Source of the DNA: Gemmatimonadota bacterium
Lineage (GTDB): Bacteria; Gemmatimonadota; Gemmatimonadetes; Longimicrobiales; Gaopeijiaceae
Assembly: GCA_039589315.1 (NCBI GenBank)
Contig: JBDHHQ010000034.1
Coordinates: 1-44,635 of the forward strand
DNA: 44,635 bases
Reading direction: 5' to 3'
Each line of letters starts with the position of its first letter. The first letter of the stretch is position 1. Shown here piece after piece: positions 36,463-44,635 of the stretch. The position numbers and the translations under genes were made by a program. The notes beneath the pieces are model-generated. The model saw only the letters and a program-made list of their open reading frames with translations, was not told the DNA's origin and did not search any database.

Positions 36463-37941
36463 ATGACCATGCGAGTGCGCTTCGCACCGTCCCCCACGGG
36501 ATACCTCCACGTCGGGGGCGCACGCACGGCCCTGTTCAACTGGCTCCTCGCCAGAGGGCAGGGGGGCGAGTTCATCCTGCGCATCGAGGATACGGACCGA
36601 GCCCGATCCAAGCCGGAGCACACCGAGGCGATCCTCCACGGGCTGGACTGGCTCGGGCTCGACTGGGACGGGGAGCCCCACTTCCAGAGTGAAGGCGTGG
36701 AGCGACATCGTGCGGACGCGCTTCGCCTCCTGGACGAGGGCAAGGCGTACCGGGACTTCGCCGACCCGTCGACGGCAGTGGGCGCCGCCTCGGGCGCCGC
36801 GACCGACGAGGAGGGCCGGCGCCGGGTCCGCGAGCTGGCCGAGTCCGTGACGCCTGAGGAGTCTCGGGTCCGTGCGGACGCCGGCGAGTCGTTCGCCATC
36901 CGCTTCCGGGTCCCCGCTGGCGAGACGAGCTGGGAGGACGCGGTCCACGGGCGTCGGGCGGTCCAGAACGCGGCCATCCCGGATCTGGTAGTCCTCCGAC
37001 GGGACGGCACCCCTACCTACAACCTGGCGGTGGTGTCCGACGATGCCGACATGGGCATCACCCACGTCATCCGGGGCGACGACCACCTGTCCAACACGCC
37101 CAAGCAGATCCTTCTGTACCAGGCGCTGGGGTGGCCGGTGCCCGTGTTCGCCCACGTGCCGCTGATACTCGGGCCCGACGGCAAGCGCCTTTCCAAGCGG
37201 CACGGTGCCACGGCCGTGGGAGATTACGAGAGTCGAGGCATTCTCCCGGACGCCATGGTCAACTTCCTCGCGCTACTCGGATGGTCTCCAGGTGACGACA
37301 CTGAGGTCATGGATCGAGAGGAGCTCGTGGCACGCTTCTCGCTTGGAAGAGTGCTGAAGAAGAGCTCCGTCTTTGACGTGAAGAAGCTCGAGTGGCTCAA
37401 CGGGCAGCACCTGGCGCGCACCGCCGCGGACCGCCTCGAGCCCCTTGTCACAGCGAAACTTCAGTTGATTTCAGGAGTGTCTTCGGATTATCTTCGGGGA
37501 CGTGAGGTGTGGTATCGAAGCCTCATCGATCTGTTGCGCGTGCGCGCCCGAACCGTGGACGACATCGCACGGCAGGCGGTGGTTTACCTCACCGACGACC
37601 TCGAATATGACGAGCCAGCCGTCAGAAAACACTGGCTGAAGGACCCGAACACGACGGTTGACCGTCTGGAAGCGCTCAGGGAGCGCCTCGCAGATGTGGA
37701 ATGGGAAAAGAGTGCCCTGGAGACCGCGATTCGAGGGATGGCAGAGGAGCTGGAGGTAGGTGCCGGAAAGGTGATACACCCCCTGCGGGTGAGCCTCACG
37801 GGAATGGCCGCGAGTCCCGGCATATTCGACGTGCTCACGCTCCTCGGAAGAGACCGGGCGCTGGAGCGGATGGACCGGGCGATCGAGGGGTTGAAGCGCG
37901 GCACGTTCGCTGGAACGCAAAACGAACGTACTCGGGCCTGA
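36463..37941 (+). CDS. gltX: Glutamate--tRNA ligase
   Basis: 'RVRFAPSPTGYLHVGG' (HIGH motif), 'LRIEDTD', 'ITHVIRGDDH', 'KRLSKRHG' (KMSKS motif), anticodon domain 'PLRVSLTG..SPGIF'. Confidence 0.96.
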   Translation: MTMRVRFAPSPTGYLHVGGARTALFNWLLARGQGGEFILRIEDTDRARSKPEHTEAILHGLDWLGLDWDGEPHFQSEGVERHRADALRLLDEGKAYRDFADPSTAVGAASGAATDEEGRRRVRELAESVTPEESRVRADAGESFAIRFRVPAGETSWEDAVHGRRAVQNAAIPDLVVLRRDGTPTYNLAVVSDDADMGITHVIRGDDHLSNTPKQILLYQALGWPVPVFAHVPLILGPDGKRLSKRHGATAVGDYESRGILPDAMVNFLALLGWSPGDDTEVMDREELVARFSLGRVLKKSSVFDVKKLEWLNGQHLARTAADRLEPLVTAKLQLISGVSSDYLRGREVWYRSLIDLLRVRARTVDDIARQAVVYLTDDLEYDEPAVRKHWLKDPNTTVDRLEALRERLADVEWEKSALETAIRGMAEELEVGAGKVIHPLRVSLTGMAASPGIFDVLTLLGRDRALERMDRAIEGLKRGTFAGTQNERTRA

Positions 37942-37962
37942 GAGCACGAAAAAAAGGCTTTC

Positions 37963-37992
37963 TTGACGCCCGGTAAACGACAACATTAGTGT
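37963..37992 (+). promoter_or_regulatory. Putative sigma70 promoter of lexA
   Basis: TTGACG (37963-37968), 18-bp spacer, TAGTGT (37987-37992), preceded by an A-tract (UP-element-like). Confidence 0.55.
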
Positions 37993-38051
37993 AGCCCAGC
38001 CTCCCCCCCGGGCGGCAACGGCTTCAAGTGACCCAAGGCACGGAGCCCTGG

Positions 38052-38705
38052 ATGCCCGCTACGCTGACGGAGCTCGAACAAAAAATCCTGGATTACATGG
38101 TGCGATACCTTCGCACCAACACCTATCAGCCCTCCATCCGCGAGATCGGAGAGCAGTTCGGGATCAAGAGCACCAAGACCGTGTCGGAGCACTTGCAGGC
38201 CCTGGCGGACAAGGGATTCCTGGAGCGGGATCCGTCCCGGTCCCGCGGCGTCAAGATCCTCGGCGTGGACCTCAACCCCGAGACCATTACCATCCCCTGC
38301 TTCCGCGAGCTCCCTCCGGACCGCAACGGCCTACTGACGGACCGGGCGGAGATGTTCCTCTCCATCGATCGGCGTCTCGCCGGTGCGAAGGGCTGCTTCT
38401 TCGTGCGGGCCAAGGGCGGCGTGTTGGCCGCGGAAGGCATCACGGAGGGGGACTTCGTCCTCGTGGAGCCCTCCGTCCCCGGCGACGTGGGGGAGGGCAA
38501 CATCGTGGTGGCTCGGGTGAATGGCCGCACGGACTTCTTCCGCTTCAAGCGCAACGGCCTGGGGATCATCCTCCAGCCCCTCACGGCGGACGGACAGTCC
38601 ACGGTGCTCGAGGACCCCACCAAGCTCAATCTCGTGGGCCGCGTGACCGCGTTCTACCGTCGCCTCGACGGCGTAGCGATCCCGGTGAGCGGCACCACGC
38701 ACTGA
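38052..38705 (+). CDS. lexA: LexA-family repressor with a degenerate S24 peptidase domain
   Basis: LexA wHTH 'LTELEQKILDYM...QPSIREIGEQFGIKST.TV.EHLQALADKGFL.R.PSRSRG'; C-domain fold motifs 'GI.EGD.VLV', 'GNIVVARVNG', 'VGRV' are present but the Ala-Gly site, Ser and Lys are not; GGAG RBS. Confidence 0.85.
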   Translation: MPATLTELEQKILDYMVRYLRTNTYQPSIREIGEQFGIKSTKTVSEHLQALADKGFLERDPSRSRGVKILGVDLNPETITIPCFRELPPDRNGLLTDRAEMFLSIDRRLAGAKGCFFVRAKGGVLAAEGITEGDFVLVEPSVPGDVGEGNIVVARVNGRTDFFRFKRNGLGIILQPLTADGQSTVLEDPTKLNLVGRVTAFYRRLDGVAIPVSGTTH

Positions 38706-38861
38706 TCTTCCCCAAAGACGATCGGCCATGTTGAGCGACCGCAGGGTAGCGGCCGCTCGCTCGCCCGTGTGGCTCCGTGGATCCCGGGCCTGCCTCTGCC
38801 GCCCGTACAGCGGTGGAGCTCCGCTCGCGAAGGCGATTGCCCGTGCGATGGGGAGCCGGCT

Positions 38862-39335
38862 TTGACCCTGGAGACCGCTCCCCCGCTGCCCGACGACGTG
38901 GTCTGGATGGCCCGAGCGCTGGAACAGGCCAGGCTGGCGGGGCTCAGGGGCGAGGTGCCGGTCGGCGCGGTCGTGGTCCACGGCGGCCGTCTCCTGGCGG
39001 AGGGTCACAACCTGACGGTGAGCCACGTCGATCCGACGGCGCATGCCGAGGTGGTGGCGATCCGTCGGGCTGCCGCACGGGTTGGGGATTGGCGACTGCT
39101 GGACACCACGCTCTACGCCACCCTGGAGCCATGCGCCCTCTGCGCGGGAGCCATCGTGCTGGCGCGGGTACCCAGGCTGGTGTACGCCGCCACCGACCCG
39201 AAGGCCGGTATGGCCGGCACCCTGGGCAACTTGGTCCAGGACCACCGACTCAACCACCGCGTGGAGCTCACCACTGGCGTTCTGGCGGAGGAATCGGCTA
39301 CTCTGCTGCGGCGCTTCTTTCAGGTACGGCGGTGA
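38862..39335 (+). CDS. tadA: tRNA adenosine(34) deaminase
   Basis: 'WMARAL', 'GEVPVGAVVV', 'DPTAHAE', 'WRL', 'TLEPCALCAGA', 'DPKAG', 'LNH', 'FF'; TTG start after GGGAG (start uncertain). Confidence 0.9.
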   Translation: MTLETAPPLPDDVVWMARALEQARLAGLRGEVPVGAVVVHGGRLLAEGHNLTVSHVDPTAHAEVVAIRRAAARVGDWRLLDTTLYATLEPCALCAGAIVLARVPRLVYAATDPKAGMAGTLGNLVQDHRLNHRVELTTGVLAEESATLLRRFFQVRR

Positions 39336-39439
39336 GCATCTGATTCGGGGCTGCCTCCGGATCCCCCAGATGCCGGGGCCGGTCGCGGGCGAACCGCCTC
39401 CCTTCAGTCCGCCGGACGGGGCTCGGCAAGAGCCGTGGC

Positions 39440-41473
39440 TCAGTCGCCCATCTCGACCACGTTCCTTCCCCTGAAGCGCAGGAACGCGGACAGGATCGCC
39501 ACGCCGCCAAGGAGGGCGATCCAGTTGGGGAGGCCGAACGCCGTCCCGATGTCCCCGAGGAGCATGCCCACGACGGCCACCAGAACCGCATAGGGCAACT
39601 GGGTGCGCACGTGGTCCACGTGGTCCACCGCCGCGGCCGTGGAGCTCAACACCGTGGTGTCCGAGATGGGCGAGCAGTGGTCGCCCCAGATGGCCCCGGC
39701 GAGCACTGAGCTGATGGCTCCGATCAGCACGGAGTAGCCGACGCCGCCATCGAAGCCGACGCCCCCGCCCAGTGACACCACCAGCGGGATCACCAGCGGG
39801 ATCAGGATGGCCATGGTCGCCCACGACGTGCCCGTCGCGAAGGCGATGGCCGCGGCCACCAGGAACACCAGGACCGGCACGAACTGCAGGGGGAGGGCAT
39901 CGCTCAGGATCTGGGCGAGGAACTGGGCCGTGCCCAGCTCCTTCGTGACCTCACCGAGGGACCAGGCAAGGGTCAGGATGATGCACGCCATGACCATGGC
40001 CTTGATGCCCGAGACGGCGGCGGAGACGGCCTCGGCCACGGTCAAGATCCGCTGGGCGACCGACAGCACCACGGCGACGAGCGCACCGGCCAGCGAGCCC
40101 CAGAGCAGCGTGATGAACGGATCGGCCGCGCCGAACACGTCCATGAGCGACCCGTCGGGGCCCACCGTTGCCCGCCCCGAGCGATAGAGTCCCACCAGCA
40201 CGACGAAGATCACGGTGAGCACCGGGATGGCCGCGTTCCACCACAGGTGCCGGGCGCCCTCCTTCGGCTCCATGGTCGGCGCGTCCGCGTCCACGGCGGG
40301 AGTCGAGCCGGGGCGGATCACGCCTCCCCCCGTGGCCGCCCGCATCTCGGCGGTCGCCATGGGGCCGAAGTCACGGTTCGTCGCCGACGTGAGGAACACG
40401 AAGACGAGGGCCAGGATCGGATAGAACAGGTAGGGGATGGAGTGGAGGAAGACCCCGAACGGGCTCGACTCGAGGAGGGCCTGTGCCAGCGTCGGATCGG
40501 CTGCCTGCTGCTCCGCGGCGATGCCCAGCCCCTGTCCGATCAGAGAGATCTCGTAGCCCACCCAAGTGGAGATGGGTACCAGCGCCGCGACCGGAGCGGC
40601 GGTGGAGTCCACGATGTATGCCAGCTTCTCGCGGCTGATCTTCAGGCGGTCCGTGATGGGCCGCATGGTGTTGCCCACGATCAGCGTGTTGGCGTAGTCG
40701 TCGAAGAAGATGGCCAGCCCGGCGAGCCACGTGGCCAGCTTGCCTTTTCGGTGGGTGCTGGCCCAGGGGGCGACCCGCTCGACGATCCCCATGGTGCCGC
40801 CGTTCCGGGCGATGACGCCCACCATGCCGCCCAGGAGCATGGTGAACACCACGATCTGGGTGTGGCCACCGTCCGTATCGGCCAGGGTGGGCACGGCGAA
40901 CGTATCGACCGTAACACCGAAGGCGGCGATGGGGTCGAAGCCGGCTACAGCAAGCGACCCGAGCCACACGCCCGCGAACAGGGCGCTCACGACCTCGCGG
41001 AACAGCAGCGCCATGAGGATGGCGATCAGGGGTGGCAGCAGCGAAAACCAGCCCGGCGCGAACGTGGCGTCCACCGTGTGGGTCGTGCCGGCCACCGTCA
41101 CCTGGAGCGGCAGAGCGTCTCTGCTCGTGACCATCAGGTCGGATGCTGCCGCGGTTACATGGTGGTTGACGCTTCCGGTGCCGAGCAGCTGCCCCTGCGC
41201 CGTCCGGACCTCGAAGTCGGCCGCTCCCTCGTCCGGGCCTTCCATCGTGATCGTGAACGGCACGCCGCTCAGGATCACCGTGGGTGCATCCGCTACCCCT
41301 TGTGCGTCCGCCGGGATGGCCCAGAGGCAAGCCGGCAGGGCCAGGGCGACGGTCCAGGCCAAGGCCCTGATCCCTCGACCGCGCTCGAGGTCCGGTCGCC
41401 GCGCGAGGCGTGCGGCTCCGCGACCCATGTCGCGGAGGATGGGCGCGACACCGCCGACCAGGGCGTCACTCAT
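39440..41473 (-). CDS. Na+/H+ antiporter NhaC family membrane protein
   Basis: 'WFSLLPPLIAI', 'IFFDDYAN', 'SREKLAYIVDSTAAP', 'FATGTSWATM', 'GAIWGDHCSPISDTT.LSS', 'DHVRTQLPYA'; start uncertain. Confidence 0.88.
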   Translation of the reverse strand: MSDALVGGVAPILRDMGRGAARLARRPDLERGRGIRALAWTVALALPACLWAIPADAQGVADAPTVILSGVPFTITMEGPDEGAADFEVRTAQGQLLGTGSVNHHVTAAASDLMVTSRDALPLQVTVAGTTHTVDATFAPGWFSLLPPLIAILMALLFREVVSALFAGVWLGSLAVAGFDPIAAFGVTVDTFAVPTLADTDGGHTQIVVFTMLLGGMVGVIARNGGTMGIVERVAPWASTHRKGKLATWLAGLAIFFDDYANTLIVGNTMRPITDRLKISREKLAYIVDSTAAPVAALVPISTWVGYEISLIGQGLGIAAEQQAADPTLAQALLESSPFGVFLHSIPYLFYPILALVFVFLTSATNRDFGPMATAEMRAATGGGVIRPGSTPAVDADAPTMEPKEGARHLWWNAAIPVLTVIFVVLVGLYRSGRATVGPDGSLMDVFGAADPFITLLWGSLAGALVAVVLSVAQRILTVAEAVSAAVSGIKAMVMACIILTLAWSLGEVTKELGTAQFLAQILSDALPLQFVPVLVFLVAAAIAFATGTSWATMAILIPLVIPLVVSLGGGVGFDGGVGYSVLIGAISSVLAGAIWGDHCSPISDTTVLSSTAAAVDHVDHVRTQLPYAVLVAVVGMLLGDIGTAFGLPNWIALLGGVAILSAFLRFRGRNVVEMGD

Positions 41474-41592
41474 GCGGGCATCTTCTCCGGCGGCGGGGGC
41501 GCGAGCACTCGGATCGTCCGAGCGGTAAAAGCGCCCCCATCATGGGGATCCGTCGGGGCCGCTGTAAAGGCGCCACCCCCGCCGCGCCGACG

Positions 41593-41621
41593 TTGACAGT
41601 GTCGCGGGCCCCCGCCAAGTT
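41593..41621 (+). promoter_or_regulatory. Putative sigma70 promoter of the pyr operon
   Basis: Perfect TTGACA (41593-41598), 17-bp spacer, weak -10 CAAGTT. Confidence 0.4.
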
Positions 41622-41708
41622 TCCGGCGCCCGAGCGGGAGCAGGACCCCGCGTCCGCCGGCTGACCGCCGTGACATCGGGCCGTGGCGCCGCCTCGAACC
41701 GGGAGACC

Positions 41709-42269
41709 ATGACCAGCCTCGACCGCATATCCATCATGAATGAACGGGCTGTCCGCCGAGCGCTGGAGCGCATGGCCAGGGAGGTGGTGGAGAAGCACGG
41801 GGGCACCGAGGGTCTGGTTCTCATGGGCATCCATCGCCGGGGCGTGCACCTGGCGAACCACCTGCGCAACGAGATCGAGCGTGCCGAGGGCGTCGCGGTG
41901 ATCACCGGCTCACTCGACATCACCCTCTACCGCGATGACCTCCGCACCATCGGGCCCCGCCCAGTGGTGGGCGAGACCAAGCTTCCCCAGGGCGGAATCG
42001 ACGACAAGACCGTGGTGCTCGTGGACGATGTCCTCTACACCGGGCGCACCACTCGGGCAGCCCTCAACGAGATCAGCGACTGGGGCCGTCCGTCCAAGAT
42101 CTACCTCTGCGTCCTCGTGGACCGAGGAGGTCGGGAGCTGCCCATACAGCCGGACGTGATCGGTCGTGTGGTGCGGGTGCATCCCGATCAGCGCGTCGAG
42201 TGCCTCGTACCAGAGCTGGACGGCTCGTTCGCGGTCGACATCGTCCAGCTTGCCCCGGAGGCCGCGTGA
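41709..42269 (+). CDS. pyrR: Bifunctional pyr operon regulator/uracil phosphoribosyltransferase
   Basis: '[12 protein letters not shown]', '[11 protein letters not shown]', '[16 protein letters not shown]', '[14 protein letters not shown]'. Confidence 0.95.
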   Translation: MTSLDRISIMNERAVRRALERMAREVVEKHGGTEGLVLMGIHRRGVHLANHLRNEIERAEGVAVITGSLDITLYRDDLRTIGPRPVVGETKLPQGGIDDKTVVLVDDVLYTGRTTRAALNEISDWGRPSKIYLCVLVDRGGRELPIQPDVIGRVVRVHPDQRVECLVPELDGSFAVDIVQLAPEAA

Positions 42270-43255
42270 GCCGGACGGCTCCGACTCTGGGTAAAGACCT
42301 CATCGGCCTCGAGAACCTGTCGTCCGAGCAGATCCTGTCCATTCTGGACACGGCGGAGCCCTTCAAGGAGATCTCCGAGCGGCCTATCAAGAAGGTCCCG
42401 GTCCTTCGAGGGAAGACGATCGTCAACCTCTTTTTCGAGGCCTCGACCCGTACCCGCGTGTCGTTCGAGTTCGCCGAGAAACGGCTGAGCGCCGACACGG
42501 TGAACATCGCGGCCACGGGGTCCAGCGTGGCGAAGGGCGAGACGCTGGTGGATACCGCCCGGAACCTGGAGGCCATGCATATCGACATGGTGGTCATCCG
42601 GCACTCCTCGTCCGGCGCCGCCGGCTTTCTGGCGGAGCGCATTCCGTCGAACGTGATCAACGCCGGGGACGGGTCACACGAGCACCCCACCCAGGCCCTC
42701 CTGGACCTCCTGACGATCCGGGACCACCTGGGGCCCATCAGCGGGCTGAAGGTCTGCATCATCGGCGACATCCTCCACTCCCGGGTGGCCCGGTCCAATA
42801 TCTTCGGCCTCCTGACCCTGGGTGCCGAGGTGGCGGTCTGCGGGCCCCGGACGTTGCTTCCCGTGGGGATCGAGGAGCTGGGCGTGCGCGTCTTCAACCG
42901 CGTGGAGGAGGCCATCGAGTGGGCTAACGTGCTGAACGTGCTGCGCCTCCAGCTCGAGCGGATGAAGGGCGGCTTCGTGCCCAGCCTACGGGAGTACAAC
43001 CGGGTCTTCGGCGTGTCGAGCCAGCGTCTCGCTGCGGCACCCCAGGACATACTCATTCTCCACCCCGGGCCCATGAACCGGGGTGTGGAGATCGACAGCG
43101 ACGTGGCAGACGGACCCCACTCCGTGATCCTCCGGCAGGTGACCAACGGAGTCGCCGTTCGCATGGCGGTGCTCTATCTGCTGGCCGGGGGTGCGCCCGA
43201 ACTGGCCGAGACCGCCAAAGGACCGTCCCCCGGGCGTGAGGAAGGAGCCCCGTGA
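42266..43255 (+). CDS. pyrB: Aspartate carbamoyltransferase catalytic subunit
   Basis: '[12 protein letters not shown]', 'KGETL.DT', '[15 protein letters not shown]', '[12 protein letters not shown]', 'RLQLER', 'HPGPMNRG'; GTGA overlap with pyrR. Confidence 0.96.
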   Translation: MSRTAPTLGKDLIGLENLSSEQILSILDTAEPFKEISERPIKKVPVLRGKTIVNLFFEASTRTRVSFEFAEKRLSADTVNIAATGSSVAKGETLVDTARNLEAMHIDMVVIRHSSSGAAGFLAERIPSNVINAGDGSHEHPTQALLDLLTIRDHLGPISGLKVCIIGDILHSRVARSNIFGLLTLGAEVAVCGPRTLLPVGIEELGVRVFNRVEEAIEWANVLNVLRLQLERMKGGFVPSLREYNRVFGVSSQRLAAAPQDILILHPGPMNRGVEIDSDVADGPHSVILRQVTNGVAVRMAVLYLLAGGAPELAETAKGPSPGREEGAP

Positions 43256-44547
43256 GCCCCGCGAATCACCAGCCGATTCTGATCAGGGGAGGGCGGGTCC
43301 TGGACCCGAGCCAGTCCCTCGATGGCACCGCTGACGTGCTGCTGGCCGATGGCACCGTGGCTGCCGTGGGTGAGGGGCTCGAGGCTCCCGACTCGGTCCG
43401 GATCATCGACGCCTCCGGCCTGATCGTCACGCCGGGCCTGATCGACGTCCACGTGCACCTGCGCGAGCCCGGCGGCGAGCACAAGGAGACGATCGAGTCG
43501 GGCGCGAGAGCCGCCGCCGCCGGGGGCTTCACGGCCGTCTGCGCCATGCCCAACACCGACCCGCCCATCGACGACCCCGCCGCCGTGGGATTCGTGGCCG
43601 CGGAAGGCCGGCGTGCCGGCGGTGCGCGCGTGTACCCGGTGGGATGCATCTCCGTGGGCATGAAGGGCGAGCAGCTGGCCGAGGTGGGGGAGATGGTACA
43701 CGCCGGTGCGGTGGCCATCACCGATGACGGCAATCCGGTCATGGACTCGGGTCTCATGCGGCGTGCTCTGGAGTACGCCCAGACGTTCGGTATTCCGGTG
43801 GCCGACCACCCGGAGGACCTGGCGCTGTCTGCCGGAGGGGGCATGAACGAGGGGCTGGTTTCGTCCCGCCTCGGCCTCCGGGGCAAGCCCAACGCCTCGG
43901 AGGACGTGCACATCGTCCGGGACCTGCTGGTGGCCGAGCTCACGGGTGGGCACATCCACCTGCAGCACGTGTCCACCCGCCATGGGGTCGAGGCCATCCG
44001 CCAAGCGAAGGCGCGGGGCGTGAGTGTCACGGCCGAAGCGTCGCCCCACCACCTCCACCTCACGGAAGAGGCGTGCGACGGCTACCGGACCGAGGCCAAG
44101 ATGAACCCGCCGCTCCGGAGCGAGGCAGACCGGCAGGCGGTGCGTGAAGGGCTCAGGGACGGCACCCTGGACACGTACGCAACGGACCATGCCCCTCACC
44201 ATTACGACGAGAAGGAACGCGAGTTCGACGACGCGCCCAACGGCATCGTGGGCCTGGAGACCTCGCTGGGCCTGGGGCTCAAGCTGGTGGGGGAGGGCCT
44301 GATCGACCTGCCCACGCTCATCGAGCGCATGAGCTGTCAGCCGGCGCGGGCCTTCAGCCTGCAGGGCGGCACCCTGGAGGTGGGCACGATTGCCGACGTC
44401 ACTCTCATCGATCCGGCCGCGCAGTGGACAGTCGATCCGGCCGCGTTCCTGTCCAAGAGCCGCAACACGCCATTCGGGGGCTGGGAGCTGGTGGGTCGCG
44501 CGGTGGCGACGGTGGTGGGTGGACGGGTGGTGTGGGAGGGGTCGTAG
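43252..44547 (+). CDS. pyrC: Dihydroorotase (long type)
   Basis: '[14 protein letters not shown]', 'MPNT', 'HVST', 'PHHL', 'KMNPPLR', 'ATDHAPH', 'SKSRNTPF'; GTGA overlap with pyrB. Confidence 0.95.
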   Translation: MSPANHQPILIRGGRVLDPSQSLDGTADVLLADGTVAAVGEGLEAPDSVRIIDASGLIVTPGLIDVHVHLREPGGEHKETIESGARAAAAGGFTAVCAMPNTDPPIDDPAAVGFVAAEGRRAGGARVYPVGCISVGMKGEQLAEVGEMVHAGAVAITDDGNPVMDSGLMRRALEYAQTFGIPVADHPEDLALSAGGGMNEGLVSSRLGLRGKPNASEDVHIVRDLLVAELTGGHIHLQHVSTRHGVEAIRQAKARGVSVTAEASPHHLHLTEEACDGYRTEAKMNPPLRSEADRQAVREGLRDGTLDTYATDHAPHHYDEKEREFDDAPNGIVGLETSLGLGLKLVGEGLIDLPTLIERMSCQPARAFSLQGGTLEVGTIADVTLIDPAAQWTVDPAAFLSKSRNTPFGGWELVGRAVATVVGGRVVWEGS

Positions 44548-44635
44548 GGCGACCTTCGGACCGTGCGGATCCGTCTCAGGCACCCAACGGAGGGGGGATC
44601 CATCTGTTTGCAGTCCGAGCGCACCACCTCCACGG

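Noticed and set aside
11996..37500. Strict 8.5-kb periodicity of the AT-rich islands
   Set aside because: Islands at about 12.0, 20.5 and 37.5 kb fit, but none is seen near 29.0 kb and there are too few points
41622..41708. PyrR-binding attenuator in the pyr leader
   Set aside because: I could not find the Bacillus-type PyrR binding loop or a U-tailed terminator
44555..44635. Possible structured RNA after pyrC (tcggac...gtccga and ggatcc pairings)
   Set aside because: It is cut by the window end, the pairing is modest for GC-rich DNA, and no family is recognised
1..44635. CRISPR arrays, tRNA/rRNA genes, transposases, integrases and prophage genes
   Set aside because: No repeat-spacer structure, RNA gene signature or mobile-element protein motif was seen

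Overview
A high-GC, gene-dense bacterial chromosomal window. Gene repertoire and style suggest Gemmatimonadota or a similar environmental lineage (inference only). No rRNA, tRNA, CRISPR array or mobile element was recognised. Left part (1-15.4 kb): a truncated BNR/Asp-box protein, a GMC flavoprotein with a Tat-lipoprotein partner, a TlpA-like thioredoxin with a truncated DsbD-N domain, an AlkP-superfamily hydrolase, a DUF1592(cytochrome c)/DUF1552/ankyrin cluster followed by an MBL-fold lipoprotein, and an apparently secreted HpcH/HpaI-like protein. Centre (15.4-22.4 kb), the most unusual locus: a putative operon of an ACT-domain protein, a 1418-aa PPDK-derived dikinase, a strongly divergent GAPDH and a GT2 glycosyltransferase. 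The dikinase has about 920 aa of unassigned N-terminus, an ATP-grasp domain and a phospho-His domain, but no pyruvate/PEP-binding barrel. Right part: OB-fold and CDGSH proteins, a PD-(D/E)xK-like protein, ispG, a four-gene two-permease RND system, a VOC protein, gltX, a LexA lacking its autocleavage residues, tadA, an NhaC-family transporter and pyrR-pyrB-pyrC. Also seen are several 5'-truncated gene remnants and short AT-rich synonymous-codon islands inside GC-rich genes. All family calls come from motif recognition by eye, not database searches.
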